This document shows, in pieces, positions 1-9,503 of a stretch of 41,993 nucleotides of DNA. The position numbers and the translations under genes are program-made. The notes under the pieces were generated by a model. The model worked only from the letters and a program-made list of their open reading frames with translations. It made no database searches and was not told the origin of the DNA. Each line of letters begins with the position of its first letter. Positions within the stretch are counted from its first letter, which is position 1. The stretch lies in NCBI GenBank assembly GCA_027489835.1, contig JAIXZF010000253.1:1-41993 (forward strand). The letters are read 5' to 3'. The stretch is from Hyphomicrobiales bacterium. Lineage in GTDB: Bacteria; Pseudomonadota; Alphaproteobacteria; Rhizobiales; Beijerinckiaceae.

Positions 1-3000
1 CGCCGCCAGCGCGGCCGCCCGGCCTTCATCGTCGCCCTGCATCCGCGCCAGCGCCCACCGGTTCACCAGCTGGCGGCGCTCCTGCAAGACCTCGCGCTCG
101 GCCTCCCGCAGGCGCTTGTTGCGCTCGTAGCCTTCGGCGATGCGGGCCGAGGTGAAGCCTGACGCCCGGGCGATGATGTCCCAGGCATCGAGCCGATCGC
201 GCTCGATGATGGGATCACCGCGCACGTTGAGCACGCCCTCGTTGGCGAAGCGGTAGGAGCGCAGCAGATCCGCGATCGCCTTGGGAGCGAGCATCTCGGC
301 GCCGCGCATGAACTTGCCCTCGCTGATGAGGTGAAGCCCCTGCCCGACGTTGACGACGGTCGAGCCGGTGACGCCAAGAGCCGCCACGATCAACTCGCGA
401 TACCAGCTGCGCCCCTCCTGATTGCCGTCCGGCATCCGCAGGAAGAAATCGGGCATGCCCAGCCGCGATGTAAGGTCGAGGCGGGCCAGCTGGCCGGGCA
501 CACCCTTCAGGATCATGCCGCCGATGTCCGGGCCGAACAGGCTGAGCACGTGCCCTTCCATCTCGGCCTTGAAGTCGCGTGGATCATCGCCGTCGTCGAA
601 CAGCAGCCCGGCCAGCGCCATCAGCACGTTGTAGCCCGCGAAGCCGGTCACGCCGGCCAGCAGCGTCATCATCCCCATGATGCCGGCCAGCTGGTAGCGG
701 GCCTCGCGCCTGGCCTGCGGACTTTCACCCTTGGTCGCCTGATGGACGTCGCGCAGCAGGCGATACCACATGTTCAGCTGGTAGCTCTGGAACACCAGCA
801 GCACCTTGGCCGTGTCGCTTTGCAGCACCCGGGCCCGCGAGGAGTTGGCGTAGTCGAAATGCGCCTTCCAGGTCAGGTCGTGCGCCGTGTTGACCGCCTC
901 GCGATGATTCTCGCCCTGCTCACGCGCCAGCCGGTAGGCGGCAAGCGCCGTGACCTCGCGGTTCATCACCTCCGCCTTGTGGAAGGCCCAGGCGATCACG
1001 TTCATCACCTTCGCCCTGAGCGGCGAATACTGAACGCAGGTGTCGCCGAGCCCGGCGAGATCGTGCGTCTGCGTGCGGTCGACCAGACCCGACTCGTGGA
1101 ACGCCGCCAGCGCAGCGCGCTCGTCGGGAGTGATGCGGGACGAGAGCTTGGCGTCGCCCCTGCCGGCGAGGAAGTCGCGCGAGGCTCCGAGCACGGCCGC
1201 CGACGCCTTGGCGACACCGCCGAGCCTGGCCCCGAGAACCGGAATGCCCAGCATGACCGTCTGCGACAGGTTCACCAGCGCGGCCGCCGGCGACGCGGCC
1301 AGATACCAGACGAACATGGCCGACGTCACCGCCTGTGCGGCACGGGTGCCGGTCGGGTTCATCACCCATTTGTGGCGCAGCCGCATCTCGTTGACGAGCA
1401 TCTGGCCGCGCGTCTGGTCGTCGGACAGGCGGGCCTGCTCGGCCGCCTCGTTCAGGCTCTCCTGCAGGTCGAGCCCGTGCTTGAGCCGCGCCATCTGGTG
1501 CGCGGCATGGAACATGTGCGAGCCGAAGGTGCGCAGCGCATCGCGCTCGTAGCCGGCCGTGCCCTTGCGGTGGATGAAGCGCTTGCGCATCGACAGGTCG
1601 GGCATCGTCTGAAGATAACGCTGCCAGATCGCATCGAGCACGGCGTCATCGACGCCGGCCTGTCCCAGCAGCGTTTCGATCTGCGCGATGATGCGGGGAT
1701 CCATGGCCTGGCGGACGTCGGAGCCATTGTCGAGCACGCCGGCCTCGACCGCCGCGCTCGGGTTGGTGCGCGCGAATTCCGCGCGCAGCTGCACCGCCGC
1801 GCGATCACGATCAGCCGAGCGCTCGAAGCGCGAGAAGGAGAGCACAGAGCCGTCCAGGTCCTTGACCGTGACGAAGTAGCGGCCGAAGCGGCCCAGCGGG
1901 AAGTACGGCGCCGGCACCCGGCTTTCCTCGAACGCCTGCCTGAGCTTCGTCATGCGCGCCTTGGCTGCCCATTCGCCCTTGGTCGCCGCGGCGTACCGGT
2001 TCTCGCGCGCCTGCTCCAGCGCGAGCCGCCTGTCTTCCTTGCTCAGGCTCGGATCGCGCTCGATGCGCTGGCGCTCCGCCTGATACGCCTTCTCGGCCTG
2101 CCGGCGGGCGATCTCCATCGCCTTCTGCACGTTCGCCATGATGATGGCGTCGAGCTCCTCGGCCTGCTTCGCATAGGCATCGCGCACCTCCTGGAAGAGC
2201 GCGCGTCCCTTGGGAGAGAGAGCGAGATACCGCGACCGCAAGGCCTCCCAGCCGGGCGGCGGGCCGTCCTCGCCATAGGCGCTGGCCGGCATGGACGGAT
2301 CGGCGCCGGCCAGCGTCGCCTCGTGCATCAGGTCCGCGAGTTCGCGGCCCTTGGTCTTGCCGCCCTCGCTCAGCCCGAGCCGGGTGTAGCCAAGCCAGCG
2401 CTGCGCGACCTGGTCGGCCTCGTCGTGCTTGCGTCCGCGGTAGGCGTCCATCTCGCGCTTGACGAGCAGATAGTCGTCGACCGCGCGCATGTTCGGCCGC
2501 TTGAGCTCGGAGAAGTAGTTCAGCGGCACGAGCCCGAGCATCGCGGGCTTGAAGTCCGTCCAGCGCCCGCGCAGATCCTCGCGGAAGCGGCGGTCGCGCT
2601 GCGCCGGCGTCGAATCGTCGATCGATGCCTTGCGGGTTACTCCGCTGCCTGGCGCCTGTTCTCCGGGCGCCGGTGCTTGAACGCCTCTTCCGCCAAGTCG
2701 TCCAGCGCGTTCATCTCGCGCCGCAGCGATTCGATTTCGGAGGGCGTCAGCATCCCGGAAATTGCGGAGGTACGCGGCCTCGGGGCCTGTGAGGGCGGAA
2801 GGTTCAATGCCAATTTCGTCTCTGACGACATCGCCGAACCTCCTTTCCACGTCGCGGATCATCGCCGCAGTCGCCGACATATCGCCTTTTCGGGCCGCAT
2901 TGACAAGCAGCACCGAGCCGACAACTTCCCCGCCGCCCTGCCTAACGTGGTTCGCAAGATCACCTAGCGTCGAACCCATGACGCTGACATCGTCGACCAG

Positions 3001-4824
3001 CACATATCGAGCGCCCTGCTTGATCGGCCCATCGAACGCGACCCGCGAGACAAGCCTTTCAGCTGCGCCGGCTCCGGTATGAAAAGCACGATTGGCTTGC
3101 AGCACGTCTCGGCCAACTCGCGCGCCCGCCTCTGTTGCAAGAAGACCCGCCAATACGCTCGGGATCGCGTTCTTGCCTGAAGCTTCGACCGCGCGCACAG
3201 GCAGGAAGATCACGTCCGGACCGAGACGCCTCACGGCCGCGATCAGATGCGGCGGCGTCACGTCTCCAACCAAGCGGATCGCGGCTTCGCCGTCGCCGGC
3301 CTTGGCCGCGCGATAGTCCGGGTGCCGCTTCAGCGGAGCGTCATTGCTGAAAGCGCTCAGCACGGGAGCGTCCGAAGGAAGCCCCATCCTCCGGGTCTGG
3401 CCGCCATCGATCGCCGCCCGGCCCAGCATCATGCCCAGCGTGACCTCTGGCGGGGCATCGACGCGGAACTCGCCAGCGATGGCCGCATCGAACACGTCCT
3501 GCGCCGTGCGGTAACCCAGGCCCTCGAACCTGTTGCGGATCTGCGCGAGCAGATTCAGAACCCGCCGCAGCGCGGCGCGCGCCATGACACCGAGACCCCG
3601 CCCGGGCGTGGCGCCCGCAGCAGCGTCGGCGGCATAGAACCCGAAGGTGTAGGCATGCACCTCGTCTTCGGACATCTGCGCAAGATCGTGCCGGGGCAGC
3701 CGCGACCGCAGGGCGGCCCGCATGCGCTCGGTTTCGAGCGTCAGGATCTGGCGGTCGCGGTACGGGACGAGCCCCATGATGTCGAGCGCATGCCACGCCT
3801 CGTGATAAGTCGTCTCGGCGATCTTGGCTCGCGCCGCGCCGTCCATAGCGATCGAGATCAGCGCACCGATTGGCCCCCGCCCGCCGGCTGCGCCCGTCTC
3901 GAACAGGCCGCTGATACGCCATTTGCGCATCAGGTCGGAGCGCCCGGACTGCCGAACGGCCAGATCGCCAGCCAAGCCAGCGTCAATCACCTGAGGCGTT
4001 GCGACCGCAACGGCTTCGCGCCCAACGACGTTGTCGACAATGCGATGCACCAGGCGCGCCAGATCCTCGAGGTGCGACTGTGGCTCCGCGCCGTCGGCCT
4101 CGATCGAGGCCTTTGCCTGGGGCGCCGGCTGTTTCGGCCGCAGTGCATCAATCACCTCAAGGTGCCGCGCACGCGCTTTGGCCAGATCCTCGGCTCCGCT
4201 CCATTCGGCGATCTGCGCTTCGAGCTGCGGCATCTGCCGCTCCATCTCGGCAAGCCGTGTGGCGGACGTCGCCGGCGCATAGGGCAGGCCCTTCACCCTG
4301 TTGAGGATGCGGATGCCCAAGCCGGTCGCATCGGCCGTTTCGACATTGTCGACGTTGACCTCTTCGACCAGCTCCCCGGTCAACACCAGCGTGAAGGCAA
4401 AGGTGTCCCTCCAGCGATCGAGGTCGACCTTAAGGCCGGCGATCACGCCTTCGAGCGGCCCGGGGTCGCCCTTCAATCGGGCCCGGGCCGCAGCGAGTAC
4501 GGTCGCGCCAATCTCGCTCGGCTTGGTCAGCGGCGCGCCGTTGAGCGTGGCGACCGGCTCGACCTTCAGCGCGGCCTCGACTGTCGCCGCATCGGCCTCT
4601 TGCTTCGGGATGCGCAGTTTCAGCGCGGCGACGTCCTCTCGGAGCCTGCGGACCACATCGCGGATCCTGAATTGGTCGCGGTCGTGGTTCTGGCGCGCGC
4701 TCTCCAGTTTCTTGACGCGCTGCCTCAGGTCCATCTCTTCCAGGATGAGCGGGTTTCCCGATGCGGCCGCCTTCATCTCCGCGGCATTCGCCGCTTCACC
4801 AGCGATGTCCTCGACCACGCGCAT
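1..4824 (-). pseudogene. Giant phage polyvalent protein (helicase-adjacent tail, HExxH zincin metallopeptidase, phosphoribosyltransferase, PLxRFG domain); 5' part lost at IS junction, 3' end runs off the window
   Basis: Absent from the ORF track because no stop falls inside the window. Minus frame translated by hand (checked codon by codon for ~2580-3960, spot-checked elsewhere): RVVEDIAGEAANAAEMKAAASGNPLILEE (~4820-4735), TYHEAWHAL (HEAWH 3804-3790), HPDYRAAKAGD...YVLVDDVSVMGSTL (~3325-2965), APYFPLGRFGRYFV (PLGRFG 1899-1882). Confidence 0.85.
2637..2831 (-). CDS. 64-aa protein nested in an alternative frame of the polyvalent-protein gene, just after the PRTase domain (TraO-like candidate)
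   Basis: ORF MSSETK...MLTPSEIESLRREM...; strong Shine-Dalgarno AAGGAGGT (2845-2838) 6 nt before the ATG. Confidence 0.55.
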   Translation of the reverse strand: MSSETKLALNLPPSQAPRPRTSAISGMLTPSEIESLRREMNALDDLAEEAFKHRRPENRRQAAE

Positions 4825-5310
4825 GCTCGACAACGCCGTGCTGAAGGATCTGCTGGGAAAAAACTGATGACGCCTGCGGCGCGGTTCGCGGCGGTGGAGC
4901 GCGTGATGGTCGATCACGATTACTCCGAGCGGCGCGCCTGCAGGCTGATCGGAGTGGATTGGTCGAGCTTCCAGTATGAGCGGGCGGGCGGCGGCGACGC
5001 CTCCGTCCGCGCTCGTCTGAGAGAGCTTGCCAACGCGCGCCGCCGGTTTGGCTACCGGCGGCTGGCGATCATGCTCAAGCGGGACGGCGTGCCGATGAAC
5101 TTTAAGAAGGTCTACCGGCTCTACAAGGAGGAGCGGCTGATGGTGCGCAAACGTGGCGGCCGCAAGCGCGCGCTCGGCACGCGGGCGCCGATGGCGATCC
5201 CGCAGGGGCCGAACCAGCGCTGGAGCCTCGACTTTGTCTCCGACGCGCTCAACGACGGCCGGCGCTTCCGTGTGTTCGCAGTCGTCGACGACTTCACGAT
5301 GGAGTGCCTG
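4823..5310 (+). mobile_element. IS3-family (IS407-group-like) internal fragment: end of orfA, -1 frameshift site, 5' part of orfB
   Basis: MLDNAVLKDLLGKN* with slippery GGGAAAAAAC (~4855-4864), then SERRACRLIG...RRFGYRRL...PNQRWSLDFVSD...VVDDFTMECL; neither IS end is present. Confidence 0.9.
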
Positions 5311-5361
5311 TGACGTGCTCCCCGTTTTCCCGCCGGTCATAAGTTAGGTCCGGCTTCGTTT
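5311..5361 (-). mobile_element. Right end (last transposase codons and IRR) of an IS3-family element whose body continues at 31672-31912
   Basis: Minus strand reads AAAC GAA GCC GGA CCT AAC TTA TGA...GGGGAGCACGTCA; joins in frame to ...RPGQGQN at 31672 to give ...RPGQGQNEAGPNL*. Confidence 0.75.
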
Positions 5362-5481
5362 TGATCCGGTCCCATTTGTTGGACCGCCGGATGGTGGAGT
5401 TTCCGGCCTGCTTCACGGCGTCTGGCTGGCTGCGCCGCCGGAGTTCTGCAACGAGATCGGTGGTTTGTTGCCAATTGCCCC
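5362..5481 (-). mobile_element. Right end of a second IS3-family element (orfB C-terminus and IRR); left end at 31370-31671
   Basis: Minus strand encodes GAIGNKPPISLQNSGGAASQTP*. Terminal TGATCCGGTCCCATTTGTTGGACCG...TGGAGTTTCCG mirrors TGATCCGCCCCGACGAAACTGGACCG...TGGAGTTTTCCG read leftward from 31671. Flanking GTTT at 5358-5361 and 31672-31675. Confidence 0.8.
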
Positions 5482-6236
5482 GCCACCTTGTTCTGCGGCT
5501 TTGCTGCCAAACGCAAAAGCAGCTGAAAAGGCCGGCATATCGCGGGTGTGTGCGCCCTGCGCCATTCTCTGTCACCCGTCCGTCTTGGCAGAACCGGGGC
5601 AGTTTAACTGCCGGTTCTCAGCTTGACACTAGGCTAGTGCGGTACTGCACCATAACCCTAGCTAGTATGAGAGGTTGCTGTCTTCGATGGGCCTACAGCA
5701 AACCCTCTTGCGTGACTCTGCGGGCAACTCCGCCAGATCAACGGGTATAGCGACATGCAGGCCATGTTGGGCATCGTCCCTGCCGCATGCGCCGACGAGC
5801 TCAACCAAAAGGATGCGTTCGAGCAGTTATGAGCCGACGCCAATCCGCTGCAGCCGGTTCACGGGAGCCTTCAGGCCTCGGCTAAGCTCAACTTCAGCTT
5901 ACGACCATCGCTGTCGGAGGACAGCGAAACGGACATGCTGCGATACGTCCGCGGAAGCCGCCAAGCACTTTGTGCTTGCCCAAACTGGCGAACGGCTCGC
6001 GCAGAGTCAGATAGCTGTCAACGCTAGCGACCTGCGTGTCATGGCCGTGGCAATAAGGAACGACTTTCTGACGCGGCGAGACGAAGAGATCCCGGAAAAC
6101 TTAGAGAACACGCTGCGATGATGCGAGCCTGTCCTCAATGCTTTTGAGTCGTCACTTTCGATCAAGGATCACAACTAAGTGTGGATAACGCTGGTCCCGA
6201 ACTTGTCTTACGTTACTCGGGCTTCAAACTTGCCAT

Positions 6237-8516
6237 GTGACATTTCACGCCCATTCGCTTGATAGTGATGCGACGAAGGCGAGCTGGCAGCAGCTTTTGC
6301 CCCATCTCGAGGGCGTGGCTCGGTTAGCGGGCGAGCGGGCTCGTCCGTTTAGGTTCGAGCAGCTGTCGCGATTGGTGGGCCTGGCGCACGATCTGGGGAA
6401 GTATTCCGCCGCCTTCCAGTCCTACATCTCAGGCCATGGCACGAGCCCCGACCATGCCACCGCGGGCGCCCAGGTTCTAATGCATATGGCTGCGGGCGCT
6501 GGTCCCTATGAGCGCGTCGCGGCGCAGCTCGCCGCCTTCGCCGTTGCCGGTCACCATAGCGGATTGCCCGACCGCGGCTCGATCGACGAGCCCGGAACGT
6601 TGGAGCACAGGCTAATCAAGCCGATAGAGCCGCTCGACCCTTGCTGGCGGGACGAGCTGCCACTCGCTTTGTCCGGCTGCTTCGGGCCGCGCTCGCTGCA
6701 GCCGTCTACTGGCGAGGAAGCCTTCCAGCTGGCCTTCCTGGGCCGCATGATCTTCTCGGCTCTCGTCGACGCGGATTTTATCGACACCGAAACGTTTTAC
6801 GCAGAGCACAAGAAGCGCAGGCCCGACCGTAGTTGGCCGGCGTTGATCGACATTCTGCCGGGGCTCATCGGTCGCTTCGACGCGGAGATGGCCCGCAAGG
6901 CGGCCGACGCGAAGCCCGGTCGCGTCAACGCGCTGCGCACCGAGATACTCGCTGTCGTCCGCGCCAAGGCGAAGCTGCCACGCGGCGTTTACACGCTTGA
7001 CGTGCCTACGGGAGGGGGCAAGACGCTGGCGTCACTCGGCTTCGCGCTGGACCACGCGCTTACACACGGAATGCGCCGCATCCTCGTCGCCATTCCCTTC
7101 ACGTCGATCATCGAGCAGACGGCGAAGGTCTTCGGCGAGGTGCTGGGAGAGGGTGTGGTGCTCGAGCACCATTCCGGCATCGAGCAGGAGGAACGCGCAA
7201 GCGCGTCGGAGGGCGAGCGCCAAGCCTCCGACAAGCTGCGCCTGGCGATGGAGAACTGGGCGGCGCCGGTCGTGGTCACCACCAACGTTCAGCTCTTGGA
7301 AAGCCTCTTCGCCGACCGGACCTCGCGCTGCCGCAAGCTGCACGCGTTGGCGGACGCTGTAATCATCCTCGACGAGGCGCAGACCATTCCGCTGCCGGTG
7401 CTGCGGCCCGCCATCGCGGCGCTGCGGGAGCTGGCGCTGAACTATGGCGCGACCATCGTGCTGTGCACCGCCACGCAGCCCGCCCTCGCCGCGCCGGAAG
7501 GGGAAGGCACGGACGGCTTCATGGGCGGCTTCGCGCCGAGGCCGGTCGAGCTCGCACCGGATCCAGCGGCGCTTCACGCGGCCTTCCGGCGCGTGCAGCT
7601 TGATGTCCGGACGACGCCGATGACCGACGCCGAGCTGGTGGACGAACTGGCCGGCTCGCCACAGGGCCTCATCATCGTCAACACGCGCGGCCACGCGCTC
7701 GCGCTTCACCGCGCGGCCGCGGCCGCCGGCCTCGAAGGCCTCATGCATCTGAGCACCCGGCAGATCGCGGCGGACCGTGGTCCGGCGTTGGAGACCATCC
7801 GCGCGCTGCTGAAGGACGAGGCGCCCTGCCGCGTGATCGCCACGTCTCTGGTGGAGGCGGGGGTCGACCTCGACTTCCCGCACGTGTGGCGCGCCGAGGC
7901 GGGGCTCGACCAGATCGCGCAGGCGGCCGGTCGCTGCAACCGGGAAGGGCGGCGGCTTGTGGAGGGCAGTGTCGTCACGGTGTTCCGGGCTGCGGAACAC
8001 AGAACGCCGCGAGAGATTCAGGCTCTTGTCAACGCGATGCGCAGCACGAGGGAGAGCCACGCCGACCTATTCTCGCCCGAGGCAATGCGGCGCTACTTCC
8101 GCGAGGTCTACTGGGCACGCGGACCAAAGGAACTCGACCGACACGATGTGCTGGGTGCGTTCAAGATCAGCGGCGGTCAACTCTCCTTCGCCTACCGCAC
8201 CGTCGGCGAGCGCTTCCGCTTGATCGAAAGCGGCATGGAGCCGGTGATCGTGCCTATCCATCAGGCGGCGATCGAAGCGGTCGCCGGGGTGGCGGGCGGC
8301 TGGTTGCCGGCGGGCGCGGCCGCGCAGCGGCTTCAACGGCACATCGTGCTGGTGCCGCCGAAGGCACGACAGCGCCTGCTCGCCAATGGCCGCGCCAAAT
8401 TCGTGGACAAGGAGCGCCAGTTCGTGGTGCTGACCGACATGACCCTCTACACGCCCGAGATCGGGCTACTGTGGGGGGATGCGGACTACCTGTCGATCGA
8501 AAGCCTGTTCGCATGA
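6237..8516 (+). CDS. cas3: CRISPR-associated HD nuclease/helicase Cas3 (type I-C)
   Basis: HD motifs LAHDLGK, GHH, LVDADFID; Walker A PTGGGKT; DEAQ; QAAGRCNREG. Confidence 0.97.
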   Translation: MTFHAHSLDSDATKASWQQLLPHLEGVARLAGERARPFRFEQLSRLVGLAHDLGKYSAAFQSYISGHGTSPDHATAGAQVLMHMAAGAGPYERVAAQLAAFAVAGHHSGLPDRGSIDEPGTLEHRLIKPIEPLDPCWRDELPLALSGCFGPRSLQPSTGEEAFQLAFLGRMIFSALVDADFIDTETFYAEHKKRRPDRSWPALIDILPGLIGRFDAEMARKAADAKPGRVNALRTEILAVVRAKAKLPRGVYTLDVPTGGGKTLASLGFALDHALTHGMRRILVAIPFTSIIEQTAKVFGEVLGEGVVLEHHSGIEQEERASASEGERQASDKLRLAMENWAAPVVVTTNVQLLESLFADRTSRCRKLHALADAVIILDEAQTIPLPVLRPAIAALRELALNYGATIVLCTATQPALAAPEGEGTDGFMGGFAPRPVELAPDPAALHAAFRRVQLDVRTTPMTDAELVDELAGSPQGLIIVNTRGHALALHRAAAAAGLEGLMHLSTRQIAADRGPALETIRALLKDEAPCRVIATSLVEAGVDLDFPHVWRAEAGLDQIAQAAGRCNREGRRLVEGSVVTVFRAAEHRTPREIQALVNAMRSTRESHADLFSPEAMRRYFREVYWARGPKELDRHDVLGAFKISGGQLSFAYRTVGERFRLIESGMEPVIVPIHQAAIEAVAGVAGGWLPAGAAAQRLQRHIVLVPPKARQRLLANGRAKFVDKERQFVVLTDMTLYTPEIGLLWGDADYLSIESLFA

Positions 8517-8527
8517 GATGAGGCGGT

Positions 8528-8580
8528 GGAGATTGAAGTGGAATGAACCATTGACTATGACTCGGTTGAATGGCATGTGG
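8528..8580 (+). promoter_or_regulatory. Putative sigma70-type promoter with an adjacent mini-CRISPR target site and PAM
   Basis: TTGACT at 8551-8556 (-35-like; the -10 is weak and uncertain); protospacer-like 8528-8544 followed by GAA 8545-8547 (TTC PAM on minus strand). Confidence 0.6.
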
Positions 8581-8629
8581 GTCGTCGCGTGTTCGCACTC
8601 CCGCGACCGCGCTCGACAAGGTCTCTTCA

Positions 8630-8731
8630 ATGAAGAAGCCGAAGCGGAGCAACCGAGAGCGTTGGGTGGATGCGATCGCATTCGCCCTGGCTGTGTTCGT
8701 GAAGCTCCTTCTCTACCTGCGGCTGACTTGA
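8630..8731 (+). CDS. 33-aa basic/hydrophobic single-TM peptide, candidate CRISPR-repressed toxin
   Basis: MKKPKRSNRERWVDAIAFALAVFVKLLLYLRLT*; AAGG about 8 nt upstream; lies between the promoter and the mini-CRISPR; below the ORF-track size cutoff. Confidence 0.6.
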   Translation: MKKPKRSNRERWVDAIAFALAVFVKLLLYLRLT

Positions 8732-8740
8732 TCGCCGCCC

Positions 8741-8825
8741 GCCGCCTCCAGTTGGGGCGTGGATTGAAACATTCCTCTCCAATCTCCGAAAAAGGACGCC
8801 CCTCTGCGCTATGCAGAGGGGCGCA
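8741..8825 (+). ncRNA. Degenerate mini-CRISPR / crRNA-like regulatory RNA (CreA/CreR-like)
   Basis: Pseudo-repeat GCCGCCTCCAGTTGGGGCGTGGATTGAAAC (8741-8770) resembles the array repeat; ~24-nt spacer ATTCCTCTCCAATCTCCGAAAAAG; then repeat-like 11-bp hairpin CGCCCCTCTGC/GCAGAGGGGCG (8797-8823). Confidence 0.8.
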
Positions 8826-8834
8826 TTTCGCGCC

Positions 8835-9503
8835 ATGACCCACGGCATCCGCCTGCTCGTCTCCGGCGACCTTGCCTGCTTCACGCGGCCGGAGATGAAG
8901 GTCGAGCGCGTCTCCTATGACGTGATGACGCCCTCGGCCGCGCGCGGCATTCTCGAGGCGATCCACTGGAAGCCGGCCATCCGCTGGATCATCGAGGAGA
9001 TTCACGTACTGGAGCCGATCCGCTTCCAGTCGATCCGGCGCAACGAGGTCGCGTCCAAGGCCTCCGCCACCCTGGCGCGACGGGCGATGAACGCGGGCGA
9101 TCTCTCCGGCCTCGGCATCGTGGTGGAGGAGGAGCGCCAGCAGCGCGCGGCCACCGTGCTGTCGAGGGTGCGATACTTGATCAAGGCGCGCTTTGAGATG
9201 ACGCCGAAGGCGGGGCCGGACGACAACCCTGGCAAGCATGCCGAGATGGCGCGCCGCCGCGCGCGCGCCGGCCAGTGCTTCCACCAGCCCTGCCTCGGCG
9301 TGCGTGAATTTCCGGCCCGGTTCGAGCTCATGGACGATGGCGCGCCGACCCCGGTCGCCAAAGCGCCCGAGACGCGTGATCTCGGCTTCATGCTCTACGG
9401 CATCGACCATGCGCGGGGCGGAGCCTCGCTGTTCTTCCGCGCCCGGCTGGAGCGCGGCGTGCTGCGCGTGCCGCCGCCCGATAGCGAGGAGATCCGCCGA
9501 TGA
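8835..9503 (+). CDS. cas5: Type I-C Cas5 (Cas5c/Cas5d) crRNA-processing subunit
   Basis: GDLACFTRPEMKVERVSYDVMTPSAARGILEAIHWKP; GQCFHQPCLGVREF. Start taken at ATG 8835. Confidence 0.96.
   Translation: MTHGIRLLVSGDLACFTRPEMKVERVSYDVMTPSAARGILEAIHWKPAIRWIIEEIHVLEPIRFQSIRRNEVASKASATLARRAMNAGDLSGLGIVVEEERQQRAATVLSRVRYLIKARFEMTPKAGPDDNPGKHAEMARRRARAGQCFHQPCLGVREFPARFELMDDGAPTPVAKAPETRDLGFMLYGIDHARGGASLFFRARLERGVLRVPPPDSEEIRR

Noticed and set aside
331-4822. Long plus-strand ORFs 331-2967 (878 aa) and the first part of 3247-5313 (688 aa)
   Set aside because: In-register antisense shadows of the minus-strand polyvalent gene; only the last ~150 codons of the second ORF are real (IS3 orfB).
5640-6180. 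Broken ORFs upstream of cas3
   Set aside because: Stops and frame changes with no recognisable motif; possibly a decayed gene but not assignable.
6203-6240. ATGTGA start-stop overlapping the cas3 GTG, no SD, weak TTGTCT/CAAACT boxes
   Set aside because: Could be a leaderless start or a 2-bp duplication, but the evidence is too thin without TSS data.
8670-8705. Possible extra degenerate repeat (ATCGCATTCGCC...GTGAAGC)
   Set aside because: Poor match to the repeat; better explained as the hydrophobic-helix codons of the 33-aa ORF.
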